Assembly: GCA_050084515.1 (NCBI GenBank)
Contig: CM114271.1
Span: 1,798,001-1,862,000 of the forward strand
DNA length: 64,000 nucleotides
Reading direction: 5' to 3'
From: Blasia pusilla
Taxonomy: Eukaryota
Each line of letters begins with the position of its first letter. Within the stretch, counting starts at the first letter, position 1. The position numbers and the translations under genes were made by a program. The notes under the pieces are model-generated. The model saw only the letters and a program-made list of their open reading frames with translations, was not told the DNA's origin and did no database searches. This document shows positions 49,001 to 62,389 of the stretch, piece by piece.

Positions 49001-52000
49001 ATACCTTTGTGCTACCAGTAAAGGAAACTAGATGAATTCTGCGGTCAGTAGAAATCTTTTCTCCGATCACAGCCCCTCCACAAAGGCCTGTGAAAATGGC
49101 TCCAGGAAGACCATTCTTCTCCAAAACCTGTTCAATAAGCTTGGTCACAGCTATTGTTATGAGAGGTGTTGTTGGAGCTCCCTTCCTGCACCATGATACT
49201 TGCCAGACTCAGATCTCTCCCTTAGAAGAATTATTAAACACGACCTTGACTGTTGATAACTCTGCACGATCAAAGATGTAAGCGAGGATATGCAATGTCC
49301 TCCATTGAGTTTGTGTTGTGTCCAACAAACTTTTTGAAAAGGCATAAAGTTGACACAGCAGATTCTAATTTTTTACCACTACAACCTTGCGGAGTTCTTC
49401 ACCACTCTTGCCCATTAAAGCTTGGACTGCTACAAAACACTATAGGCGATGGCTGAAGACTTATCTTTCCACTAAAGAACAGAGGAAAAACCAAGCCTAG
49501 CATGAATTACAGAATTGCAGTTGTTGTGCAGATAGCTGGAGGATACAATTCCCAAAACAATAACTCGGAGACTCACAACCTCTAGTAAGTACTTACCATA
49601 CAACACAACTCCCGCAGACCAATGCGATGCACGCATTCCATCCTGTATGAGACAGTTGACAACATGCGGCCTTTGAGATCTACAACATTCTAGGCTAAAA
49701 CCATACATCAACGAATAGAGACCCAAAATTCAGTATGTTATCTTTTGCAACACCAGTCTCTTTCAGGAATTTCTCAGTCACTTATGAGGGGACTCCAGGC
49801 CAGTAACAACTGACATACATTGTGTAACATGATAAGAAAAACTCCCTTGAAAGCTCTAGTATTGGAATGCCTAAAAGCAATGATAACTCAATAACTACTA
49901 CTTGATGGTAACAATTTCAGCGCTTCGTCACATACTAGAATTTCTATGGCAAACATTATCAAATCATAGTAGACAAGACTTGCGAGGAAAACAAAATTGT
50001 AGAACATGATCGTCCATACCAAGGACGGCACATGGGAAGTTGAACGCAGTGATGACACCAACAATTCCGAGCGGGTTCCAGACCTGCAAAAGAACAAAAT
50101 TGCCATAATACGCATTCTTCCTAAGATGGAGAAAGAAAGTTAACGATGAAGCTTCTCTTTCCACAATAATCTGGAAACAGTGAATCCTGGATTACCCCCA
50201 AACTTGCTGTCTGGAAGTTTTCACACAAGGCAGTCCCCATTCTGTGCCGCTAACAAAGATTTGGGATAGATAGAGATAGGCGCCATTAAAGGAAAGCAAA
50301 TCCTCTGAAAATTCGGGATAAGTTAAGAGAAACAAACCTCCAACATGACATGGTTTGGCCCTGCAAGTTGTACAAATGAGGGTACAAATCGGAATTAGCA
50401 TCATTTCTTTCAAAACCTAAAATACTCTGTTTATCGGTGATGGGGTACGTCACATGACTACTTGAGCTGTGATATATGATCGTCTCCTCAAAATTTATCC
50501 TTATCGCTTAGTTATTACCACGCTCAGGCATTCTGAGCCATCCCTAACTCAATAATCTTACAGGTCTAAGTACGACAATAAGAGCAAACTTACTTTCTGA
50601 TGGTATGACAGATCCATTAATCTGCCTGCTTAGACCCACTGCGAAGTCACACATGTCAATGAATTCCTGTGGACGCATTTGCAAGACTAGATTAGTGACA
50701 GAGCCTTTGGTGCTCGATCGGTTAAGAAACAATACTGTAAGCTATCCTGATAATGATACCTGCGAACTTGCAAACCCAATTGGTCTGTAGCTCCACAATT
50801 TGGAAGTTAGATGACATGATCAAACCAAGGGTTACCTGAACTTCTCCAATGCCCTCTGCCAAGATCTTCCCCATCTCCAGAGACACAAGTCTTCCGAGAG
50901 ACTCCAAGTTTGCCCGCAACACATCTCCAATTTGTCGGACTATCTCTCCTCTCTTGGGCGCTGTTGTCTGCATTCGTAGATTGCCAGTTGTCATATCATA
51001 GATCATTTTTTGAGTTCAAAGTGAGGAGAAATTCTATCCACCATCATCGCATTCCAACAGCTACACGAGAAGGGCGCGTACCTGCATCCATTGTTTCTTG
51101 GCTGCGTCACAGGCGACGAGAGCTTCTTCGTAATTGTCAGGGGACGCTTCTACCACGGTCGCTATTGGCTGCATCCAGATGAAAACCGTTTCATGTCATA
51201 ATTCCAACGTTTGAAGTATCTTTGCAAGATTGATAGAGAGGACCCAACTGAACGTCTGCAGCTGGCCGTGAAAGAAGATAAATTTTCCTAGCGTCATCCG
51301 ACAATTGATATTGTACATTTCTAAAAAGTACAAGGGAAGCTTCAAACTGCGTTGAGTCAACGAAATACGCGAAGTAAAGCCATAGTACATCGTCAGTGCG
51401 GATGGTCCATAGGGTTTCACGGCAATCGCACTTCAGACCATGAGGTTCAAATTCGTTTCAGTTCAGGTCTATCCTCTAGATTGCACTGCTTTCCGACTGT
51501 TCAACGACCACAAATTTGAAGAAATTCGGTAGAACTGAAGTTCAGGCGCTCCCTGACTCACGGAGATTTAGACAATAAGTCATTAAAGTCACCGATAAGT
51601 TCCTACGCGCGTTGTTTTCGGCCGCTAATACAACTCAATGAAAATTCCAAACCGGACACAGCGAAGATTTCAAACACAACAACGTTTGGTTCTCCCAATC
51701 TTCTGGCTTAAACTTCGTGGTTTTAAGATCTTCCTTGGCATGCAGCGCACAGTTCTCTTCCAAAACTACAAAGCTGAAGTTCACTGTGCCTAAGTAGATT
51801 CGACTACCCATCCCCCTCGAACTGCAAGCGTTCATCGGTAAAATTTCGAAGTTGTTATTAGATCCTAGATCTTAATTCAAAGAAAATTACGGAACAAGCG
51901 AATTAGTTGTGTTACGTTACGTCTAGGGGTGCCGATTCCGGACTCCTTACCTTGTTATTTGACGGGTTGACAGAGGTCACCGTAGGACCGTCGGCTTTCC

Positions 52001-52094
52001 ATTCACCGGCAATATAGCATCCCAGGTTGTGCCCCACCAAACCCAATCCTGCTAGAAACTTGTGCTCCTCTTTCTCGAAATCCAAACCCCCCAT
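46032..52094 (-). CDS. ALDH7B4: Aldehyde dehydrogenase family 7 (antiquitin), 14 exons
   Basis: [38 protein letters not shown], catalytic LELSGNNA and [33 protein letters not shown], ending [21 protein letters not shown] introns. Confidence 0.97.
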
Positions 52095-52985
52095 CTTGTT
52101 TAGTTCTCTTCAACCTGCTCTAAAAATTCACTTTTGGTCGATCTGGTGTCACACGTCGCAGTGGCAATCAACGAGAGCTCGAAAAGGAAAGTTGGAATCC
52201 CGGGATGATAAAAGGAAAAGCTGAGGGGACGGACTTCAATTTGAAAGACTCGTGGCTCTTCAAATTATTGTTTCTTTCGCAAGTTTCTCGTCAGTTTTTT
52301 ATCACACAAGTAGGCATTCCGTAGTACCTCTGTTTCCCTTGAGCTCTAAGGGGTAGCGCTGGTGAATGAGAATGTTCCGTCTGAACACCTACAGTAACGG
52401 ACAGCAACAGTAATTGACTGACAGATAGCTGACTCTCCTTGAAAACTAAATCGTCGAGGGTCCCGCCATTGGAACGAAAAGCGAGGAATCTACGACGATT
52501 GAAAATGGCCGTGCTTGCTCCTAAAGAAAGACAGAAAGAGAAAATGGTGGGGAATCTATGACGACTACGTGTACCTCTTTGCCCTACAACTTCTCGAGAG
52601 TCGGGCGCAGGTTGTCCACTCCGATCGGGTCCTTAAATTTGTACACTTCTACATTAAAGCCGCTTGATAGAAGCGGGCCAACAGTTTTGGATGGCATTGA
52701 AGGAAGAAGCCTCGGGCCGGCTCGTCAGGACTAGTGCCGGACCTCGGGAGTCTGCCCCACGAAAGTGAAGATGGATAGCGAAAGTCATAAGAGGGAACTC
52801 GCTCGCGATATTTGATCATGAGGCATGCCATGTACACTGAAGCGGTTTGGTAGATACATGTCGGTGACTCGGCATCGCTTTTCTTGGCCGTAGCAGCTGG
52901 CTCGCGTCGTAGCCTCGTGATATCAGTCCGCGACTCCGATCGCTCGATAGCGGTTGCTATGAAGGTGGGGATGCACGTGGCCGCG

Positions 52986-53321
52986 CATTCACCGCGACGC
53001 TGTTTAGGGGGAGTGTGGGAGTTGTAAATGTATGGAGCGAGTGCTTGATGGGAAACAAGAAGACGTATTTCATACTAGCCACGAATTGCGAGTCTCGAGG
53101 TCCGATTTCACCGACGGTGTTTAGGGAGAGTGTCGGAGTTGATTTTCTTGAACGAGTGCTTCATGAGATACCAGGAAACCTATTTCAGACGAACCATGGA
53201 TTTGCGAGTCTGGAGTTGCGATTCCACCTCAATGCTGTTTTGCGAGAGAGTCGGAATTCATTTTACGGAGCGAGTGCTTGATTCGAAACAAGAACACCTA
53301 TTGCAGACGAGCAATGAATTT
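52986..53321. repeat. Three diverged tandem units of about 117 bp
   Basis: Recurrent ...CACC..GCTGTTT.G.GAG.GT.GGA.TT...CGAGTGCTT.AT..A.AC.AG.A.AC.TATT.CA.AC... Confidence 0.7.
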
Positions 53322-54672
53322 CTCCAGAAGAGCTCAGGCCGTCCTCTGTGCGCCATCTACCCAAAGTTCCTAACTTGGATCGAAGAGCTTCTCATCCTCG
53401 CGTTCCTCGTGGGAATTCGCATCCCTACTACTTTTGTGTGATGCTTTTCGTCGCCATACATATCACGCCGATCTCTCGGATAAGAGAGGACCACCTCAAG
53501 CCTCAATGGAACGAACCGATAAGGTATGCAGGAGAGTGGGCTACTTTAAGTCTCGTACTATTATGAGGGGATCGTGCATCGCACGGTCCACTCCATCGTC
53601 CCCTCCCTACCCATTCTCCTTTTAGCCACCTGAAAATCACCTTAATAATTCGAAAAAATTCTTTTTTACAATTATCTACTTATAATATCAGAAAATAATT
53701 AATTATATATATTATTGTTGGAAAATGTATTTTATTTGGAAATATTTTTAGGATAATGGGCTGAAAAAAAATATTTCTCGTATGTAAGTAGATTTATTTT
53801 TTTTCCATTCACTATCTATGCACGGGTTGCCTATCATTATGGGAGAAATGTCTTTTTTTGAATTGTACTTTTCAAGAAAATATTTCAAAAAAACTAGAAA
53901 AAAAATTCAAACATTTTTTTAGTGGTTTGGACACTTTCGTTTTAAAATTACGAGTAAATTTTTTTAATTTTTTTAAATTGATTAGTATTTAAATGAGACA
54001 CGCATCAATTGAAAAACAGGTGTCCACATCTCTAACCCCATCCTTCCTTTCTCGGATATATAGATAGGGGACCCACTCCTGCGAGTAGCTGGAACCCCAA
54101 TGATCACGCCCGTTGGAAAACTGATGGGGTTTCCTACAGCTGCTGATGCCATCTGTCGGTAACACCATAGCCTCTTCCACATTCAAGCCGCCAACAGTCG
54201 CAGGAGTCCGTCCTATGGCTCTGGCTCAGTAGAGAGACGTACTCAAGGGAACTGGTGTCCATTTTCATGTGCGACGAGAAGACTTCTGACGAGAACATTA
54301 CCTCTTATGCACATCCCAAAGGCTATGCAGTGTTGTTGCTACGCACGGACACCATCACCGGAACGCTGGCGATTTGCGAAACAGGAGTTTCAATTTCACG
54401 GATCGCCTCAGGCTCAGAGTGATGACCATCCACGTGTTTTCTCAGGCCGAAAGCGAGGATCCCGACCACCAGAATGCTGTGAGGTGGTGTAATCAATACA
54501 CTACAGATGCTGACATGACATCGTTAGTGTGATGCCGCGAGCTCAAGCCCCTCACGCAAAACGACATAGGAGACACGAGACATGACAAACCCTCAGGAGA
54601 AATGCACCTAAATTAGCCGCGAGAGAGTGAGAGAGAGAGAGAGAGAACGACGACAGTGGGATATTCCGATCT

Positions 54673-54887
54673 CCAAACCAAAGGCATTCCAAACTCGCAC
54701 ACTTCAACATGCCAAATTTGGCGAAGTGAAAGAGACGCTCTTGACAATCCACTTTCTCTACTCATCATGCAACTGCTTCACCAAACCAAAGGCATTCCAA
54801 AATCGCACACTTCAACATGCCAAATTTGGCGAAGTGAAAGAGACGCTCTTGACAATCCACTTTCTCTACTCATCATGCAACTGCTTC
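54673..54887. repeat. Near-perfect 108-bp tandem duplication
   Basis: CCAAACCAAAGGCATTCCAAA...CATGCAACTGCTTC at 54673 and 54781, with one internal mismatch. A (GA)n tract precedes it. Confidence 0.95.
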
Positions 54888-55594
54888 TGATTCCATCAAA
54901 TCCATTCAAGTTGGCACAAAATCTCACTCTACACTCCTCCACCCACCCCACCCCACCCCACCGCACAGCACTGCTCTGCTCCCACGCTGACGGAATCGCC
55001 AAATTTTCTCCGTCCCCATACCCCATGTGCCCGCGAGCGCAACTGGCCATCCTTCCATAACACCTTCAGATTTCATAGCTAATCAGATCACGCTGAGCGT
55101 ACGAGTTCTTCTCATCTAATGGGGACCCATGTGAGGCCACGTGAATGCCTTGTCTTCTTTCGTAGGGTTTCCGACGAATGACGATCGTGTCAAGGAGGTC
55201 GGTCTCACTTGGATGATGATGTGCTCATGGGGAAGAAGACTTGCTATCTATGGATTAGTTGGAAAACCCAGCAGAATTGAACGCGGACTTCTCATGTCTC
55301 ATGGAAAGGCGCCATGTCCGGCCACGAGCAAGGACCCGGAAACGTGTCCTATTTATACGAGTGTCCGGAATAATGTAAACTTTAATTGAAACTTCCATGG
55401 GATACAAAGGAGGGGGGCATAGGGAGCCAAAATCGGCTCCGACGAGACATAAGACCCCCAACGACCAAAATCAGCACAATACGATACAATATCAGCAACA
55501 CCTACAATTATGGGTATTATTAAGTGGGCTTCTAATATTGGCTTCCTTTTGGGAGGTGGTTGGGGAGGCTGGAAATCTAAATTATCATGGGAAA

Positions 55595-55892
55595 TCTATA
55601 TTATTATGGGAAATTTCCTTAGGGTTTTGCAAACATATGTAGGCTGAGAGGTGATAATTGGATAGAAACAATTGTTTCCCCAAAAAAAGAATTGAACTTG
55701 TGTACAACATGGTTGGTCATCCATCCTCTCCTTTTCATGCATCCTCTCCTTTTGACACTTGGCATTTTCAACCAACGGAATCGCTCACCTTTAGAGCCAA
55801 TAGGATCGCTTAGAATTGAACTCAAATGGGACTTGAAAATTATAAGAGGTACTTATAAATACAAACCCATGTATCGCACGGGCCTATGCTAA
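55595..55892 (+). mobile_element. Non-autonomous mini-Helitron
   Basis: A|TCTATATTATTAT start, then hairpin CCCATGTATCGCACGGG followed by CTAA|T. Confidence 0.65.
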
Positions 55893-56799
55893 TAGCAAAT
55901 ATTAGCATAATCCTGTGCTACAAAATCCTAACCTATACCTCCCATGCTAAAATATTTTCTCCCATGTTCTTCTCTCCCTATGGATTACACATGGTTCTTC
56001 TACATTCTATTAATTAATAAGATAAAGCAAGTCATGTTTGATCCCATCTTTTCATCAGATTGGAAAGGCTAGGGACAATATTAGATTGGAGATGAGATAG
56101 ATGTTGTATAACTAGTTCATCCGATTGCAAAATAATCTTTGGAGAATAGGTGTAGGATAAGAAATCAGGAATTTGCTTAAGTGGCCCCTTGCCCTACTTA
56201 TGTTGCTTAAGTGGCCCCCCTACTAAATCTCTTGCTTGAGTGGCCCCCATGAACTGCCACGTCAGAGTTCCCACCGGTTGGTAGAAATGTTCTTCTACGT
56301 AGTTACTCTAGCCCAAATGTTTTGGATATAGGAACAATCCCGAGTTAGGGTTTGTCACTTTCGAGTTAGGACTGTTGATCATGCAAATCGTGATCAACAC
56401 TCATTTCTGATCTCGGCACATGTTAATTTGTTTACTAATCGGTGTTTACTGTTCATAAGCTTGATTAGAGAATGGATGGTGTCCACTACCCAAACATTCT
56501 CGACCTCTCGTGTACTAATGCGATTTTCCGGACTTGAGCGGACAACATTTTCTCTACGGATGACAATGGATTTTCTGGTTCTAGTCGCAAAGACCAAAAT
56601 TGTGGATCTTATGAACGAAGGCCATCATCAATAGAGTCATCGGCTGCTTTCGAGTTATGGCGAGCCTCCACGCCCAAGAATGATCCTGTCTCGAAGGGTT
56701 CAGCCTGGAAGAAGGTAAGATGACGCCGGGTTTAGTGGGCGTCAAAACGACGCCGAGATGGAAACTTCGATCGAAATGATGATTATTGTCGCAATAGCC

Positions 56800-57650
56800 G
56801 CCACCATAATCGAAATAGCCGCCGTTGTAGATTATTTCGTTTTACGAGAGGTGATCCTACCGAGAATAGCCGGAAAATATCCGCCGTTGTAGTTATTTTG
56901 ATTTCTGAGATGTAAGCCTCCTCACAAGTATAGCCGCCGAATTAGTTTGCCGTGGTAGTTTTGTAGTTATCCTGAGAGGGTCGCCTTCTCAAATTAGCCT
57001 CCGAATTAGCCGCCGTTGTAGTATTATTGTTGTCTTGAGAGTTGAGCCTAGTCATAAGAGTGGTCGACTTAGCCGCATTTGTAATTGATTTCCTTTCTTA
57101 AGAGCTTAGCCTACTGAGAATAACCACCGAGATAGCCACCGTTGTTGTTGTTTTGTTGTCATGAGAGGCGAGCCAACTCAGAATAGCCTCCAAATTAGCC
57201 GCCGTTGTAGTTGTTTTGTTCTCTTCAGAGGTGAGCTAACTCAGAATAGTCACCGAATTAGCCACCGTTGTAGATGTCTAACTTTCACTAGAGGTGAGCC
57301 AACTCAGAATAGCCGCTGAATTAGCCGTCATTGTAGGTGGTTTGGGTTTTGGGAGATATTGGGCTACATCGACTAGCCTCCGAAATAGCCGCCGTTGTAG
57401 TAATTTTGTTCTCTTCAAAGGTGAGGCTACTCAGAGTATCCTCCGTTGTAGTTGTTTGTACTTCTGATAGATGAGCCTACTCAAAGCAGTTGCCGTTGCA
57501 GTAAGAGGTGATAGTACTCAGAATAGCCGCCTAAATAGCAGCCATTGCAGTTGTTTTGTACTCCTGAAAGGTCAGCCTACTCTGAATAGCCGCCGTTGCA
57601 GTTGTCTTGTACTTCTCAGAGGTTAGCCTACTCACAGTAGCCGCCGCAGT
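56800..57650. repeat. Degenerate tandem array (about 60-bp unit) built on TAGCCGCC
   Basis: Recurrent AATAGCCGCC / TTAGCCGCCGTTGTAG. Confidence 0.85.
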
Positions 57651-57721
57651 GGATATTTGGATGACATGATGTAAGTCTTCATTTTGCGATTTGTATTGGC
57701 GTGGCGTAGTCATCAGCCGCT

Positions 57722-60700
57722 GTGAAAGTTAGATTCATTAACAACCCTGGGTCATCATGTGCAGTAAGGAGGCATGCCGAGCGGATACAATTGAAGCAAG
57801 TGTTCCGCAGCTTCGATGAGTTTGAGTTTTCACTAGATTGTTGGTGCTCGCTGAATTATAGAGCAAAGCATTGCGCACCCAACAAGAAATGGTACCGTCT
57901 TAGAATATGTAGATTTGGCGCAAAGATGAGAGGCAAAGGCCTTCCTATTTTCCATGAGGACAAACCCTCTAGCGGTTCGACGACTTCAAGAAATGGAACG
58001 TATCCTAAGAGGGAGAATACTCTTGTGAAGAAATGTAGTTTTGTATGCCATGGTATTAACAACATGTCCGACACGAGAGGATTGGAGGAAAATATTCAGG
58101 AATATTCAACGGCTGCTAATCACAGTGGAAAGAAGTCGCATGATGTTAGGGGGAGCATGGCGGTTAATGTCAACGAAGTTGCAGTTAATGTGTGTGAATC
58201 CTCACTTGGAGATATTGGGGGACATAGTGAAGAATTTCAAGACCCACGTATCTCGAGTCTTGCATGTGGAATGGGGATCTCGTGGAGACCTCAACATAGT
58301 AAGAGGCCGAACCAGCCAATTTTCAAGAATTCTTTCTCAAAACCAAGCGTAAGCTTAGACGTTCCCACGGAGAAAAGGAGAAAGAGTGGTGAAGCGAGAG
58401 TCCCCACCGCCAGGAATGGGCCATGTGGTCAATTTGCTAGGTACATACTCTCAGGGAATGAGAATGGTACATCATGTAAAGATGAAGTTTGTGAGTGGAG
58501 GATCCGTTGCCAACGACATAAAAGTACATGCCTATGTGAGATAACCGTGTGTAATTTGGAACACACTTGTCCGGGGCACATTCATACATGGAGGGGTCCT
58601 ACTCACAAGGCAAAGTGGTTATCAATGGTATTAGCAGATAGGGTTGTAAACCAACCAAGCATCCCTGTAGGTAGCCTTGTAGAAGTCCTTGCGCGGACGT
58701 ACAAGAAGCTTAACAACTTACTTTCTGCATGGAGATGCAAAGAAATATGTCGGGATTGGATGAATGGAGGTGAACGAAAGCAGGTTTCCATTTGATTCCG
58801 TCTTTTTCATACAGATAGAGGAAGCCGACCCTTTGCCACCGCTACTTGGGATGTTTGGAATTTAGAATCTGCCATCTTCAAGAGGCTATTTATTTGTCCA
58901 TCTGCCATGAAGAACATCATTCCTTATGTGCAAAAGGTAGTTGGATTGGATGCGTGCCATACAAAGAATAGGAATTATCCCATGCAGATTTTCATTGCGT
59001 CCATGTTGGATGGAAATGCCAATACGATCATTTTGGCATTTGGCATATCTCCTCGCGAGAACAATGAGGAATGGGAATGGTTTTGTGCACATCTGAAGAA
59101 AGCCATCCCCGACTTTAGATGATCCTAATTGTTATTGTTTCAGATAGACAAAAGGGCCTTTTACACGCCGTGCGTACAATATTCCCCCAAAATATACATA
59201 GCATGTGTGCCCAACATTTGAGACAAAATGTTCGAACACGGTATGGAAAAGTTGCCGAAGGATTTTTCATTGCCCGCCTTTACGCCAGGACGAGGAGAAG
59301 TAAGCAAACTATCCATTTCATTCTTCCTTACATTTTGCATGTGGGAGTCTTGCATATTGATGAAGGTGGAATCTTTGCATAGGTTGCGACTCATTTGATT
59401 TGCTCTCCTCTATAGGACGGTGGCTATTCACAAGTAAAGATGATTGCTATTCCCTAAAGGATAGCCACTTTGTTAGGACAATTTGCTATTTCCTATAGGC
59501 TATTCAACGTTAGGATGGTGGTAAATTGATACCTTGTTAGGAGGCGGAGGCTAATCGGGACAAATTCGTTCTCTAGATTCCAATCTTTTAGGACGGTGGC
59601 TATTTTCAGCTAAATTGGCGTCTGAATTTGAACCCTTTGTGGTCGGCGGCTAATGACAGATTATTTTTTTATTGCGTTATTCACAGTTATGCAGCGGTTA
59701 ACAACGGCTAACAACCATTGAGGAACTTGTTTTCCAGGTATGACATGTGGATTAACGAATTGGAAAGGCATCATATTCAACGAATAGCTGATGCAGCCTC
59801 GTACATACGAGAGATAGGACCAGAGAAGTTTGCGAGGTGTGCATTCCCTTTGCCACGCTATGGCAAAGTGAGTTCAAATCTTGTAGAGGTCATAAATTCC
59901 GCCATCAAACCTATCAGGGAGGGACCTCCACTTGTCATTGCTCGTGAGTTGTGGAATTACATGATGAAAACTTACGCAACAAGAAAAGTAGAGGCATGTC
60001 ACCCAGAGAAGTTCTCCAACAAACTGACTACTTATGCATTTATTCGTTATCGAGAGAATGAAGCCAAATGTCAAAGTTTTGATGTAGTAGCCTCAGATGC
60101 AACAAATGCACTTGTCACTTCCACAAGTAGTGCACACCAATTTCATGTCCGCTTGCATCCTGAGTGCAGTTGTTCATGCCTAGAGTTCCAAGATACTTGT
60201 TGGCCATGTACGCATGTAATGGCTTGGGATGTCATTCTTTGGAATGGACTCACGTAAACTTGTTGATCCTATCTGGACCAATGACTTCATAAGGAAGATC
60301 TACAAAAGCAGTATACCGGTTGTGAAGAGTGACGAACTTATACCATCTTGGGATTGCCGACCTCCCCTTCCTGCAGTTCGGCGTGGTAGACATCGTTATG
60401 TGCGCATTCCTGGTGGAAGAGGTGGCGAGATACAAAGAGGACAAGGAGGTGGTGAAGACATTTCTTATCATGTATATGAAGAGTTAGTGAATGAAGATGA
60501 TGTTGGGAGTGCCCAGCCTGAGTATATCCCACAACGAGGTCCGTTAGGTATTCGTAACGGGCGTAGAGCACCAACGACAAGGGTTGCCCGCACTTTTGAA
60601 AGACGTTGTGGCCATTGTGGACTTCAAGGGCATAATCGGAAAACGTGCCAAGTGCTGAAAGCGGACCAACTTGTAGGGAGATCTATATCTGATGTCCCAA

Positions 60701-61026
60701 CACGAAGACGTCCCGATGCAAGTCGGTTTGTAGCAGAGTATGGAAATCAGAGTAGGCTTTACTCAAGAGTGGAAAGTTTATATTCCCAAGAGACTAGAGC
60801 AGATACTACTGAAGAACTTAATGTAAAGGGTAGTGTTGTATCAGGGGAAAATTTGGTGCAGTCTACCATGGAGAATGTTTCCACTCCTATGGATCTTGGT
60901 AATAGCGCCTCTAATCGCATACCAAATAGTCTAGTATTTCCAAGTGTTTCTCTTGTTTATGGGAAGTCTGAATCTGATGAAGAGTCGATGACTGTGAGGA
61001 GCAAAATCTTGGCATATCCTTGGTAG
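57722..61026 (+). pseudogene. MURA-like transposase
   Basis: CEWRIRC...NLEHTC, VVGLDACH, LDGNAN..ILAFG, ENNEEWEWF, VSDRQKGL, CAQHL, SSNLVEVINS, SWIM CSCLEFQDTCWPCTH, knuckle CGHCGLQGHNRKTC. Intron from about 59300 and several frameshifts. Confidence 0.92.
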
Positions 61027-61421
61027 AACTTGGCATGCGATTCCCCAGTGGAATCCAGAGGAAGAAGCATTTTATATTAGCTTGGCAGAGGAAGCGAAAA
61101 GAATGTTAGATTGCAGAAAGAAATCTATAAACTCAGATGGAATTGTCATATGTAGCCCATTTTTTTCTTGGTGTGCAAAATTATGATATTTGTTCATGTT
61201 GGAATGCAAAGTATGTTCTCAGTGACGTATTAAAGTTCACAAACCATAATGGACCAAACCCTTCCCGGTTCAAGAAGAAACAGGCTTGGAGTGACGCCTA
61301 TTCTCCATGACTGCTAATCACACGCCGAGAACTGAATCACCAAACATTATACCTCGCTCTTTCTGAGGCTTTTGTTTGTTTAACTCCCTTCCCTCCCTCT
61401 CCTACCTTCTCCACTCAAGCC

Positions 61422-62362
61422 CGACGGCTATTCTCTGGACGGCTGCTATTCACAGGCCCGACGGCTACTCTCGGGACGGCGGCTATTGTCGGGCCGGCGG
61501 CTATATTCTAGGCGGTTGGCTCTTCTCTGGACGGTTGCTAATCACAGTCCGACGGCTAATCATAGGCCGGCGGATATTGTTGGGACGGTGGCTATTTTCT
61601 AGGCGGCTGCTAATCAGGCCGGCGGCCATGTTGTAGGCGGCTGGCTCTTCTCTAGACGGCTGCTAATCACAGTCCGGCGGCTAATCTCTGGACGGCCGAT
61701 ATTGTTGGGACGGCGGCTATTTTCTAGGCGGCTGCTATACACACGCCGACGGCTATGTTCTAGGCGGCTGGCTCTTCTCTGGACGGCTGCTAATCACAGT
61801 CCGGCGGCTAATCTCTGGACGGCGGCTAATCACAGGCCGGCGGATATTGTTGGCACGGCGGCTACTTTCTAGGCGGCTGCTATACATAGGCCGGCGGCTA
61901 TGTTGTAGGCGGCTGGCTCTTCTGTGGACGGCTGCTAATCACAGTCCGGCGGCTAATCTGTGGGCGGCGGTTAATCTCTGGACGGCGGATATTACTGGGA
62001 CGGCAGCTATTTTCTAGGCGACTGCTATACACACGCCGGCGGCTATGTTCTAGGCGGCTGGCTCTTCTCTGGACGGCGGCTATTCACAGGCCCGACGACT
62101 ATTGTCTGGACGGTTGCTAATCACAGTCCGGCGGCTATTCTCTGGACGGCGGCTAATCTCTGGACGGAGGATATTGCTGGGACGGCGGCTATTTTCTAGG
62201 CGGCTGCTATACACACGCCGACGGCTATGTTCTAGGCGGCTGGCTCTTCTCTGGACGGCGGCTATTCACAGGCCCGGCGGGCCTATGAATAGCCGCAAAA
62301 ATTTTCAGGACGGCTGCTAATCACAGTCCGGTGGCTACTCTCTGGACGGCGGCTAAGGGAGT
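61422..62362. repeat. Tandem array of 15-19 bp units built on GGCGGCTA / GACGGCTG
   Basis: Dense GGCGGCTA units with higher-order repetition; the motif is the reverse complement of that at 56800-57650. Confidence 0.9.
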
Positions 62363-62389
62363 TAGGCGGGCCTCAGGACGGCTTCTTTT

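Noticed and set aside
51121-51150. Apparent frameshift in ALDH7B4 exon 2
   Set aside because: Recounting the G-run gives four bases, so the exon is 87 nt and reads [11 protein letters not shown] in frame.
52600-55400. Short ORFs upstream of ALDH7B4
   Set aside because: No recognisable domain or coherent exon chain, and several ORFs arise from tandem duplications.
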